This document shows positions 46,851 through 55,910 of a stretch of DNA of 64,000 bases, in pieces. The stretch covers positions 13,302 to 77,301 of the forward strand of contig JBIIIP010000002.1 in the NCBI GenBank assembly GCA_044234625.1. Direction: 5' to 3'. How positions within the stretch are numbered: the first letter of the stretch is position 1; every line of letters begins with the position of its first letter. Under the pieces are notes generated by a model. That model was not told the origin of the DNA. It ran no database searches and was given only the letters and a program-made list of their open reading frames with translations. The DNA comes from Pirellulales bacterium (GTDB lineage Bacteria > Planctomycetota > Planctomycetia > Pirellulales > UBA1268). A program made the translations under genes and the position numbers.

Positions 46851-47246
46851 ATGGTCACTCCTCGGAAGGCTGAAAGGGTCGAAATGGCACGGAAAATCGT
46901 GAATCGCAAGGAGCTCAGGGCGCAGGCGGATGCCGCCGAGGCCAAGGCCAAGACGGCCAAGAAGGGCACCAAGGAGAAGGCCCCGAAGGAAACCAAGGCG
47001 AAGAAGGAGAAAGCCGCCAAGGAGCCCAAGGAAAAGAAGCCGGCCGCCAAGAAGACGAGCCGCAAGAAGACCGCCAAGGAAGCCCGCATGAAGGCCTACT
47101 GGGGCGTCTTCAATCCGTCCATGAAGCGGCTTGTGATGTTCGAATATGCCGACAAGAAGGCCGCCGAGAAGAAGGCCGCCGACCTCACTGCCTCCTCGCG
47201 GTCGACCCACTTCATCCAGCTGGTCAAGGAAGCGATCGCCGAGTGA
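46851..47246 (+). CDS. Lys/Ala-rich basic protein (histone-H1-like tail plus small globular C-terminal domain)
   Basis: AKAKTAKKGTKEKAPKETKAKKEKAAKEPKEKKPAAKKTSRKKTAKE is followed by RMKAYWGVFNPSMKRLVMFEYADKKAAEKKAADL. The start is either the ATG at 46851 or at 46884. TATACT at 46823-46828 lies upstream. Confidence 0.6.
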   Translation: MVTPRKAERVEMARKIVNRKELRAQADAAEAKAKTAKKGTKEKAPKETKAKKEKAAKEPKEKKPAAKKTSRKKTAKEARMKAYWGVFNPSMKRLVMFEYADKKAAEKKAADLTASSRSTHFIQLVKEAIAE

Positions 47247-47272
47247 CGCCGTCGCCGAAGGAGGCCAATAGC

Positions 47273-47974
47273 ATGCCGCGCCTGCCCGTGATGCACCGTC
47301 TGCTCGCCGTGCGCGGGATCGTGGCCGTGGCCGTGGCCGTAATGCTGATCGGTGGCGGAGGTTGCGGCGGCAAGGGAGCGAAGAAGGCGAAGAAAGCGGG
47401 CGGCACCAAGACGCAGGAGCCGGGTCCGCCCCCGGTCGATTCCGACACGGCCTTCACGGTCGACGACGGCCGCGTCAGCGTGTCGTCGCCAACGGGCTGG
47501 GCACGGGCCCCGCGGTCCGACGACTACCTCGTCAAATACCAGCCAAACCGCAAGAAGACCTTCCCCGCGATCGCGGTCACGGCGCATGACGCGCCGGAGG
47601 GTTTTTCGCAGGTGACTTCCGAGAACCACGACGCTTTCACCGCGGCCATCACCGACAGCCTGGCCGACGCCTTCGAGGCGAAGGCTTCTGGACCCCTGGT
47701 GAAAAAGCCCGGTGCCGTGTCGCTCGGGCCGCACTGCGGCGTTGCCTGGGCCCTCCCCTTGCAGACGGAGGAGAACGGCGTGAAGGAGACGAACGAGCAG
47801 CAGTTCTACGCGGTGGTCATCGACGGGCGGATGTATACGGTCACCGCAAGCGCGCCGAAGGGAAAACTCGACTCCGCTGCCAAGGCCGCGGCCCGCGCGG
47901 TGGCCGGCGCCCTGACCGCGCCGGAGGCGACCCCCGCAGTGGAAACGCCTGCAGCGGAAACGCCCGCTGAATAG
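47273..47974 (+). CDS. hypothetical lipoprotein
   Basis: GAAGGAGG lies 8 nt upstream of the ATG at 47273. The signal MPRLPVMHRLLAVRGIVAVAVAVMLIGGGGC has a lipobox-like ending. Confidence 0.6.
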   Translation: MPRLPVMHRLLAVRGIVAVAVAVMLIGGGGCGGKGAKKAKKAGGTKTQEPGPPPVDSDTAFTVDDGRVSVSSPTGWARAPRSDDYLVKYQPNRKKTFPAIAVTAHDAPEGFSQVTSENHDAFTAAITDSLADAFEAKASGPLVKKPGAVSLGPHCGVAWALPLQTEENGVKETNEQQFYAVVIDGRMYTVTASAPKGKLDSAAKAAARAVAGALTAPEATPAVETPAAETPAE

Positions 47975-48001
47975 GCGGCCATCCGTCCGCAGCACGATCG
48001 C

Positions 48002-48817
48002 TCAGCCCCACGGGCTCTTCCAGTCGCCCCACGCATCGAGGTAGCGGCGCAGCCCCGGGTGCTTTTCCGCCTTCGCAGCAATCCACTCCCGCGCCTCTTC
48101 GATGAGGGCATGTTCCTTCTTGATGTCGAGGTCACCCACGACCACGCGGGAACGGAGGAAGACGAAGTAGGTGTCGAGCACGTCGCCGCGGCAGTAGTCG
48201 TGGATCTCCGCGGACTTGCCCGCGTCCCACAGGTCTTGGACCATGTGCCCCGCCACGTCCATCTTGCCCGGCTTGCCGATCAGGTTCGCCGCCAGCGACA
48301 GTCCGCCGTTGAACCGCGAGGCACCGCTGTTGGTGAGCCATTCGTGGAGGTCGAGGTGCGCAAACGTGTTGTAGCGGTACCGCGGCTGGTCGAAGCTCTT
48401 GCGATCTTCGGCGAACCAGTCGGGAATGGAGATGCCGTAGCGGAAGGCGCACAGTTCGAGCAGCGGCATGTCGAAGCCGCGGCCGTTGAAGCTCACCAGC
48501 CGCGGCCGGTTGTTGCGCCGCCACCCCTCCCAAAACCCCTTCACGATCTCGTGCGGCCGCGAGTGTTCCTCGTCGAGGGAGACCAGGTCCAACAGGCGGT
48601 AATCCGCCCCCACCTTCGCCACCACCAGCGACACGGGCAACTGGAAGGTGTAGGGGATGAAGTCCTTGCCGTTCTCGACGAGCAACTCCTCGCGGTACTT
48701 CTTGATCGCTCCCTTCGGATCGAGCTTCTCTCCCGGATACCGGAGCCGCGAAATCAGCGCCCCGTCGGCCACGCTCTCGATGTCGAACACCAGGCAGGCG
48801 GCTTCTTGTCTTGCCAT
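48002..48817 (-). CDS. predicted 3'-5' exonuclease (RNase-H-like, PolB-exonuclease-related)
   Basis: Acidic motif blocks LVFDIESVAD, LVSFNGRGFDMPLL and HDYCRGDVLDTYFVFL match the order of ExoI/II/III in PF10108-type proteins as I recall them. Confidence 0.7.
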   Translation of the reverse strand: MARQEAACLVFDIESVADGALISRLRYPGEKLDPKGAIKKYREELLVENGKDFIPYTFQLPVSLVVAKVGADYRLLDLVSLDEEHSRPHEIVKGFWEGWRRNNRPRLVSFNGRGFDMPLLELCAFRYGISIPDWFAEDRKSFDQPRYRYNTFAHLDLHEWLTNSGASRFNGGLSLAANLIGKPGKMDVAGHMVQDLWDAGKSAEIHDYCRGDVLDTYFVFLRSRVVVGDLDIKKEHALIEEAREWIAAKAEKHPGLRRYLDAWGDWKSPWG

Positions 48818-48824
48818 CGGAGGC

Positions 48825-50021
48825 TCACCGGCGGGCGAGGGGATGCTTCAGCGGGAGCCATGCGCCGTCGGCCTTGCTCGACGCCACCGACTGCTCGATG
48901 AAATACATCCCCTCCACGCCGTCGTGGATGTTCGGATAGACGGTGTCGGTCTTCTCGAAGGCGCGGCCCGTCGCCGCCAGTTCGATGGCGTCGTAGGCAG
49001 CGCGGTAGATGTTGGCAAAGGCCTCGAAAAACGCCTCCGGGTGCCCCGAGGGCAGGCGGCAGGCGGCCTTGCCGGCGGCGTTCATGAACGGGGCGCTGGG
49101 GTCGCGGGTGTAGATGGCATGCGGATGGCCGTTGCGGCGGACGATCATCTGGTTCGGGTTTTCCTGGTGCCATTCGAGGCTGGCCAGCGTGCCGTCGATC
49201 TCGATCCGCACGTCGTTCTCGCGGCCGTGGCTGATCTGCGAGGCGGTCACCGTGCCCAAAGCGCCGTTGCCGTAGCGGATCACGGCGTGGCCGTAGTCGT
49301 CGAGGGCCCGGTCGGGTTCGTAGATCTTCAGGTTCGCGCTGATCTTCTCGGGAAGCAGGCCCGTCATGAAGCGACCGAGGTTGTAGGCATGCGTGCCGAT
49401 GTCGCCGAAGGCGCCGGCCGCGCCGCTCCGCTTGGGATCGGTTCTCCAAGCGGCCTGCTTTTGGCCCTCGGCCTCGAGCTTGGTCCGCAGCCAGCCCTGG
49501 ATGTATTCGGCCCGTATGGCCTGGATGTCGCCCAACTCGCCGGAGAGGATCATCTCCCGGGCCTGGCGGACGAGCGGATAGCCGGTGTAGTTGTGGCTCA
49601 CGGCAAAGACCACCGCCGACTTTTTCACGATCTCGGCGAGGGCCTCGGCCTCGGCCAGCGTGAGCGTGAGCGGCTTGTCGCAGACCACGTGGAAGCCCGC
49701 CTCGACGGCTGCCTTCGCTACCGGAAAATGCATGTGGTTGGGCGTCGTGATGGAGACGAAGTCGATCCGCTTGTCGGCCGGGAGGCCGTTTTCCTTGGCC
49801 AGCATCTCCTCGTAGGAGCCGTAGGCCCGCGCTGGATCGACCGCGTAATCGGCGGCGCTGGCCTTGGACCGCGCGGGGTCGCTGGAAAACGCCCCAGCCA
49901 CCAGTTCGGCCCGGTTGTCGAGCACGGCCGCCGTGATGTGCACGCGGCCGATGAACGACCCCTGCCCGCCTCCCACGATGCCCATGCGGAGTTTTCTGCC
50001 TAGTGCGCCGTTGGTGGCCAT
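48825..50021 (-). CDS. Gfo/Idh/MocA-family NAD(P)-dependent oxidoreductase
   Basis: Rossmann start [34 protein letters not shown]. The ATG at 50021 lies inside track ORF 48825..50165. Confidence 0.9.
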   Translation of the reverse strand: MATNGALGRKLRMGIVGGGQGSFIGRVHITAAVLDNRAELVAGAFSSDPARSKASAADYAVDPARAYGSYEEMLAKENGLPADKRIDFVSITTPNHMHFPVAKAAVEAGFHVVCDKPLTLTLAEAEALAEIVKKSAVVFAVSHNYTGYPLVRQAREMILSGELGDIQAIRAEYIQGWLRTKLEAEGQKQAAWRTDPKRSGAAGAFGDIGTHAYNLGRFMTGLLPEKISANLKIYEPDRALDDYGHAVIRYGNGALGTVTASQISHGRENDVRIEIDGTLASLEWHQENPNQMIVRRNGHPHAIYTRDPSAPFMNAAGKAACRLPSGHPEAFFEAFANIYRAAYDAIELAATGRAFEKTDTVYPNIHDGVEGMYFIEQSVASSKADGAWLPLKHPLARR

Positions 50022-50179
50022 GCCCGTCGATCTCCTCTCGCTCGCGATCGGTGACTCACCCCTGGGGCACCCGCCCCGGAGAGGCGATCGCGACGGCGAA
50101 ATGTAGCACAGCGGCCCGCGGCTGGGCAGCGGCCCACGCCGTCGGCGGCGGTTGCCGCCGGCCAAGGCCCGAGCCTACG

Positions 50180-51067
50180 ATGCAGCCGATGGGATACCTG
50201 GATCGCGGCTACTCCTCGGGCAATTCGTCGTCCTTCATGGCTGAATGGACGGCCGTGATCACGCTCGTGGTGGTCACGGTCGCCGTGTGGGTGGCCGATC
50301 TCCTGGCCGCCGGTGAATTTCCGATCAACCAATTCCTGGCGCTCCAGGGCGACCTGCCGCAGCATCTGCTCAAGGCATGGCAACTGGTCACGTATGGCTT
50401 CGTGCACGACGACCGCGATCCGGCCCATCTGCTTTTCAACATGCTCGCCTTGTGGTTCTTCGGCCGCGAGGTCGAGGCGATCATGGGCCGCGGGGAATTC
50501 TTCCGCTTCTATCTCACGGCCATCGTCGTCGCCGGTATCGCCTGGCTGGCCAGCCTACAGATCGGCCAGCCGCTGGCCGCGATGCAGGCATCGCTGGTCG
50601 GGGCCAGCGGCGCCGTGATGGCCGTGCTCGCCGTCTTCGTCTGGTATTTCCCGCGGCAGACGGTCTACCTGTGGGGCGTGCTGCCGGTGCCCGCGTGGGC
50701 GCTGGGCGTGCTCTACGTGGTGTCTGACCTGCAGGGCGCGACGGGCCACTCCGGCCATGTGGCGCACATCGCCCATCTCGCCGGCGTGGCGTTCGGCCTG
50801 CTCTACGTCTGGCGGGGCTGGAACCTCGGCGGCCTCGGCGAACTCTCGGAGCGGTGGCGCGACCGCCGACGACGGATGCGTGTGGTGCGGCCCGACGACG
50901 CCGACGGCACGGCGCGCAGCCGGCAAGTCGACGAGGACGACGCCTCGCTGCAGGCCGAAGTGGACAGGATCCTGGAGAAGATCAGCCGCTCCGGGGAGTC
51001 GAGCCTGACCCGCCCGGAACGCGACACGCTCACGAAGGCCAGCGAACGCCTCAAGTCGCGACGGTAA
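50180..51067 (+). CDS. rhomboid-family intramembrane serine protease with charged C-terminal tail
   Basis: HLLFNMLALWFFG, catalytic LVGASGAVMAV, and HIAHLAGVAFG. Six predicted TM segments. The ATG at 50180 lies inside track ORF 50003..51067. Confidence 0.85.
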   Translation: MQPMGYLDRGYSSGNSSSFMAEWTAVITLVVVTVAVWVADLLAAGEFPINQFLALQGDLPQHLLKAWQLVTYGFVHDDRDPAHLLFNMLALWFFGREVEAIMGRGEFFRFYLTAIVVAGIAWLASLQIGQPLAAMQASLVGASGAVMAVLAVFVWYFPRQTVYLWGVLPVPAWALGVLYVVSDLQGATGHSGHVAHIAHLAGVAFGLLYVWRGWNLGGLGELSERWRDRRRRMRVVRPDDADGTARSRQVDEDDASLQAEVDRILEKISRSGESSLTRPERDTLTKASERLKSRR

Positions 51068-51085
51068 GCCGCCTGGCCGGGCGGC

Positions 51086-51757
51086 CTACTGGGCCGCGTT
51101 GACTGGCACGGCCGCTGTGCGGACGTCTGGCCGCGACTGCATGCGGATGTGGTCGATCGTGGTGGCGAGTTCCCGCATCTCGATCTCGTCGAAGCGCCCC
51201 GACCTCACGGTGTGCACGCGGCCGCCCTGATCGAGGATCACCACGTTGGGCACCCCCGGCACGAGCCCGAATGTCTGCTGCATGGTGTCGGCGAAGTCGA
51301 GCCATACCGGCAGGGAGGGGGATTCCTTGCGCACGCGGGCACGGACCACCGGATGCATCGCCTTGGGCACCTCGGGCAGGCATGCCACCGGGATCGCGTG
51401 CACGTCCGGCACGCGGGCGCCGGCCGGCCAGCCGGGCAGGCCGACCACCGGCTGCCTCGCCCATTCGGCGGCAGGAGCAGTCTCGGCCGTGGGATGAAAC
51501 CGAACGTGCAGCTGCTTGCCGAGTTCATGCGCCGCCTCGGCCCCCTTCCGCTCGGCGTAGATCAGCACCACGACGTCGCCGAGCATGAGGCCCGTCTCGC
51601 GGCGGTTGCGAAACTGATCCTCCATCACCACGTTCACCACCCGCTCGCGGGTCTGGCCGTATGCAGGCAGCGCCGCAGCAGCGAGCCCGGCGACGATCGC
51701 GGCCACGGCGCACAGGGAGCGAGTGAAGACGGCATCCGTCGGGACGAAGCGAGACAT
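51086..51757 (-). CDS. hypothetical secreted protein
   Basis: Signal-like SLCAVAAIVAGLAAAALPAYGQ. Non-repetitive sequence. No motif recognised. Confidence 0.55.
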   Translation of the reverse strand: MSRFVPTDAVFTRSLCAVAAIVAGLAAAALPAYGQTRERVVNVVMEDQFRNRRETGLMLGDVVVLIYAERKGAEAAHELGKQLHVRFHPTAETAPAAEWARQPVVGLPGWPAGARVPDVHAIPVACLPEVPKAMHPVVRARVRKESPSLPVWLDFADTMQQTFGLVPGVPNVVILDQGGRVHTVRSGRFDEIEMRELATTIDHIRMQSRPDVRTAAVPVNAAQ

Positions 51758-51773
51758 GAGGCACCACGCAGGC

Positions 51774-51790
51774 GAGGAGGAGGAGGAGGA
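51774..51790. repeat. trinucleotide microsatellite (GAG)5-6 / (CTC) on the reverse strand
   Basis: gaggaggaggaggagga read directly. It lies 17 nt upstream of the reverse-strand ATG at 51757. Confidence 0.9.
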
Positions 51791-51866
51791 ACCGGGCCGC
51801 TATTGGCGGGGGGAAGTACCGCGCCGTCCGACCGGGGCACAAGGCGTCTTCGCCGGCCTTGAACGC

Positions 51867-54647
51867 TCAGGCTTCGCCCACGGCCGCATCCGACAGCCCG
51901 GCAGGCTCTTCGTCTTCTGCCGCCCGGCCCGGCAGCCGCATCATCGCAATCACGGCCGGTAGGAAGACCAGCGACGTGATCGTGCAGGTCGTCACCCCCA
52001 GCGTGAGCACCCTGCCCAGACTCTCCAACCCCTTGTGGCTGGCCACCATCAGCGCTCCGAAGCCGAGAATCGTGGTCAGCGCGTCGACGAGCACGGCATT
52101 CGCTGTCGATGCACTGATCGCGTAAGGGCCCGGCCGCTCCAGGGCGTCGTGCACGATGTGCACGCCATAGTCCACCGCGATGCCAAGGATCAGCGGGATG
52201 CCGATCAGGTTGGCCGGGTTGAGATCGATGCCGACGAGCCCCATCAGGCCCAGCGTCTGCGCCATGCCCACGGCCAGCGGCAGGGCCGCCAAGAGCGAGT
52301 ACTTCACGCTGCGGAAATCGAGCCACAACACGACGAGGATCACCACCAACGCATAGGCGGCCGCCTGCTCGTAGCTTCGCTTCATCTCCAACGACGCCTC
52401 GTAAGCCTGGAGGGGATTCCCGGTGGCCCGCGGATCGACGCTGCGGACGTCGCCGACGAACCGTTTCAAGGCCTCGAAGTTCCAGATGTCGCCGCGGCCG
52501 TAGATCTTGAGGAGGTGCTTGCCGCTCTGCCCCACGAACCGCTCCACGAGGCTCGGCGGGAGGTCGTCGAGGGATGGCGGCGCCGGATCGCACACTCCCG
52601 CCAGAGCATGCAGGCGGGTCAGCAGTTCACCGGCCGACTGCTGCTGAAACGCTGCCAGCGACCGGAAGCACTCGTCGGGACTCATCCGCCGCAAGGCATC
52701 GCGGGACCGCTCCAACCGCCAGGCCGACCGTTGACCGCCGGGCCGTTTGGCAGCCTCGGCCTGAGCCCAGGCGAGCGTCTCACCGAGGCTCTCCAGCCGA
52801 TCGACCGGAATCTCCGGCGGCCGCTCGGGAAGGTTCGCCAGCCGACCACGGATCCGTTCGATGAGGGGCCGCTTCAACTCCTCGTCGACCGGCAGCAGCG
52901 ACGCGATCTCGTCGACCCGCTCCACGCTCGGCAGAGCCGTGAGCGCCTTCTTGCGTTCCAGCAATTCCTCGCGCGAATCGGCGATCGACAGGGCATACCA
53001 CACGCTCTGGTCGCACTCCTCGAGCAGCTTCTTCTCGATGGCCACGCTTTCCAGGCCGTCGGCCTGCATGTTGAGCAGGTTGTGGTCGTAGTCGAGTTCG
53101 TGCATGCCCGACGCGATGGCCATGGTGGCGGCCATCGCCGCCAGCGCGACGAACCGCGGATGCCTGAGCAGCGGCTGCAGCCAGGCATGCACCGGCACCG
53201 GCTGGGGGATGCGGCGGCCGAGAAAACTCCGGTCGACCACGGCGATCACGGCTGGCAGGATGAGCAGCTCTGCGGCGGCGCACAGAAGGATCCCACCGCC
53301 GGCGATCGTGCCCAGCTCGGACACGCCCACGAAGCTCGTGAGCGAGGCGGAGAAGAAGGCCACCGACGTGGTGATGGCCCCGGTGAGAATGCCCGGCCCG
53401 ACGGCACCGCTCGTTTCGATGAGCGCCCCTTCGCACCCCACGCCGCGGCGCCGGGCCTGCAGGTAGCGGCCCACGTAATAGGTGCCGTAGTCGATGCCGA
53501 CGCCAATCATCGTCACCGTGAAGGTGACGCTCAAAATGTTGAGGTGGCCGACGCTCGCCGTCGCCCAGCCGAAGGCCCATGCCATGCCGAGCACGAGCAC
53601 GGCATTGGCCATGAGCGCGTGCCGTACGCCGCCGAAGCCGGCGACGATGACCACGATCACGGCCGCGAGCGACAGGCCGCTCGCCCAGATCATCGACTGC
53701 TGGCTCGTCCGCATTTCGTCGTCTTCCATGATCGGCAGGCCGGTGAGGCCGATCGTCGACTCGGGATGCCGGACCGCGACGCCCTTGATGATCCGCCGCA
53801 ATTCGTCGGTGGCCACCGACGCCCCGGCGAATCCGCCAGGGCCCTTCGTGAGCCGCAGGAGCACGAAGCCGAGCCGTCCGTCCTTCGCGAGGAGGTGCTC
53901 GCTCGACAGGTCGCGGAGCGTCGCCAGCGACTCCGGCATCCGCGGCCACGGCGACACCATTTCACCCGCGCGGGCGGCGGCCGGGCGGCCGGCCATGTCG
54001 AGGCTTGCCAGCAGACTTTCCGCATACCGCTCCAGGGCGGTGATGGGTGGCTCGTCGAGCGGGCCGGAGGGCGCCGCGTTGCCCGCCACCATCCGTCCGG
54101 CGAGGCCGCCGACCATCGAGCCGACCTTGAGCTGCGCCCAACCACCATCGAGGATCGGCCGCGTCTGCTCGATGAAGGCGTCGATCGCCGTCAGGTCCGC
54201 GGGCGAGAGGTAGTGCAGCCCTTTCCCCCGGATCGTGGAAAGATCCACCTCGTGCAGCACGGAACGAAACAGGTCGCCCCGCCGGGCCACCGCGGCGGAG
54301 AGCTCCTCGAGAACCTCGATCACACCTTCGCGGGTCATGCCTTCGACGACGATCACGGCATCGTCGTCTTCGCCGAACTCGTGGATGTAGTCGATCCACA
54401 GCTTGTTGTATTCGCTGTCGGGATCGAGCAGGTCGATCCGCGAGACCTTGTAGCCCAGCGACTGCGCGGTGTAGACGCCCGCGGCGGCGGCGGAGAGGAC
54501 CGCCATCACGATGATCGCCACGGGCGCGCGGAGGCACAGCCGCGTCCAGGCCACGAGCGCCCGGCCGAGCAGGCTCGCGGGCGCGGCTTCCGTGTCGTCA
54601 CGGTCGTCGCAGGAGTCGTCGGCAGACGGGGATGACGCCTGGCGCAT
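51867..54647 (-). CDS. MMPL/RND-superfamily transporter (HpnN-like architecture)
   Basis: About 926 aa with two blocks of about 6 TM helices, each preceded by a large soluble loop (typical MMPL duplication), e.g. GIDYGTYYVGRY and GIAVDYGVHIVH. The ATG at 54647 is preferred over the TTG at 54662. Confidence 0.85.
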   Translation of the reverse strand: MRQASSPSADDSCDDRDDTEAAPASLLGRALVAWTRLCLRAPVAIIVMAVLSAAAAGVYTAQSLGYKVSRIDLLDPDSEYNKLWIDYIHEFGEDDDAVIVVEGMTREGVIEVLEELSAAVARRGDLFRSVLHEVDLSTIRGKGLHYLSPADLTAIDAFIEQTRPILDGGWAQLKVGSMVGGLAGRMVAGNAAPSGPLDEPPITALERYAESLLASLDMAGRPAAARAGEMVSPWPRMPESLATLRDLSSEHLLAKDGRLGFVLLRLTKGPGGFAGASVATDELRRIIKGVAVRHPESTIGLTGLPIMEDDEMRTSQQSMIWASGLSLAAVIVVIVAGFGGVRHALMANAVLVLGMAWAFGWATASVGHLNILSVTFTVTMIGVGIDYGTYYVGRYLQARRRGVGCEGALIETSGAVGPGILTGAITTSVAFFSASLTSFVGVSELGTIAGGGILLCAAAELLILPAVIAVVDRSFLGRRIPQPVPVHAWLQPLLRHPRFVALAAMAATMAIASGMHELDYDHNLLNMQADGLESVAIEKKLLEECDQSVWYALSIADSREELLERKKALTALPSVERVDEIASLLPVDEELKRPLIERIRGRLANLPERPPEIPVDRLESLGETLAWAQAEAAKRPGGQRSAWRLERSRDALRRMSPDECFRSLAAFQQQSAGELLTRLHALAGVCDPAPPSLDDLPPSLVERFVGQSGKHLLKIYGRGDIWNFEALKRFVGDVRSVDPRATGNPLQAYEASLEMKRSYEQAAAYALVVILVVLWLDFRSVKYSLLAALPLAVGMAQTLGLMGLVGIDLNPANLIGIPLILGIAVDYGVHIVHDALERPGPYAISASTANAVLVDALTTILGFGALMVASHKGLESLGRVLTLGVTTCTITSLVFLPAVIAMMRLPGRAAEDEEPAGLSDAAVGEA

Positions 54648-54892
54648 GCGATCCACGGGCAAGGGCTGAAGGGTCGGCGAGAGGGCGAAGAGCGATCGTA
54701 GGGAATGTGCGCAGTCGGGCCAAGCCGCGAATCGCCGCGGTGCGGCAAGCCTGGAAGACTGGGAAACAGGCCCCGCGGGTCCCGAAAAATCACTGGGCGG
54801 AACGGCCCTTGGAGGCCGAAAACCCTCTCACGACGACGATCCCAGACAGGCCGTCGGGCCGTGGGATCGGCGTCGGTAAGGGGGGATCTTGC

Positions 54893-55825
54893 ATGCGTGG
54901 GCATCGATGGATGCCGGCGATCGCCGGTGCACTCGTGATCGTCGCGGCCGCGCCGGCCCGCGCGGCCGAACGGCCCGCCGCCGTGGCCGACATCGCCTCC
55001 TTGATGACCGACGGCGGCTCGTCGAGCCGCGAGGCCCGGCGCCAGGCCGTCGCGGCCATGGGCCTGGAGCGGATGGCCGAGCCGCAGCGGAAGGCCGTGG
55101 AGAAGTGCCTCCGGGCGACCACGCTCTACCGCCACCTCCCGCCGCAGACATTCGCCTGCAACGGCGACCTTCTGGCCTTCTCGCTGCACAAGCCGGAAAC
55201 GATCGTCGACCTGTGGCGGGTGCTGGGCATCAGCCGCCTGTCGCTCGATCCGGCCGGCGCGGGGCAATGGCGGCTCAGCGACGGCTATGGCACCGTCGGC
55301 GCATTGCGGCTCGTGCACCGCGAAAGCCGCGGACAGGCGGGCGTGCTCGTCTTCCATGGCCGCGGCGCCTACAGCGGCTCCTTGTCGCCGCGGCAGCTTT
55401 CCGGAACGTGCGTGCTCCTCGTGCGGCACTCGCCGGCGCCGGCCGATGCTCTGGGCCGCGCGCGGCAGACCGTGCAGATCGACGCCTTCCTCGACATGGA
55501 CGGCATGGGGCTGGAGATCGTCACCCGCACGCTGCAGCCGCTCATCGTCCGTTCGGCAGCGGCGAACTTCCACGAGATCTGCCTGTTCATGACCAATCTT
55601 TCGGCCGCCGCCGAGGAGAACCCTGACGGCGTCGCACGGTTGGCCGCGCGGCTGGCCCGCACCGAACCAGCCGACCGCCAGGAACTCGCGAGGATCGCAC
55701 GGGCGGTGGGTCGCGATGCCAGCCGCGCCCGGCCAGACGCCCTGGCTGCCGATCCGCAGCGGGTGCAGGCCGAGTTGGCCGCCCGCTGGCTGCCGGCGGA
55801 ACAGCTCGACTCGCTGCACCGCTAG
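54893..55825 (+). CDS. hypothetical secreted protein
   Basis: The ATG at 54893 is followed by the signal MRGHRWMPAIAGALVIVAAAPARAAE. The upstream part of track ORF 54632..55825 overlaps the divergent transporter gene. Confidence 0.55.
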   Translation: MRGHRWMPAIAGALVIVAAAPARAAERPAAVADIASLMTDGGSSSREARRQAVAAMGLERMAEPQRKAVEKCLRATTLYRHLPPQTFACNGDLLAFSLHKPETIVDLWRVLGISRLSLDPAGAGQWRLSDGYGTVGALRLVHRESRGQAGVLVFHGRGAYSGSLSPRQLSGTCVLLVRHSPAPADALGRARQTVQIDAFLDMDGMGLEIVTRTLQPLIVRSAAANFHEICLFMTNLSAAAEENPDGVARLAARLARTEPADRQELARIARAVGRDASRARPDALAADPQRVQAELAARWLPAEQLDSLHR

Positions 55826-55910
55826 CTCCTCTGCGACTGGAGGAGCGCGCCGGCTCTCTCCCACCGTGGGGACGGACCTCCGGTCTGTCCATGCCCTCTC
55901 TCCTACGCCG

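Noticed and set aside
51101-51117. TGGCAC-N5-CTGTGC, a partial match to the sigma-54 -24/-12 promoter consensus
   Set aside because: The -12 element does not match TTGC. The site lies inside the 3' end of a reverse-strand gene and there is no downstream + strand gene. No convincing sigma-54 promoter was found elsewhere by eye.
52035-54635. 866-aa + strand ORF
   Set aside because: It is antisense to the MMPL/RND transporter, whose frame shows the expected 2 x 6 TM organisation.
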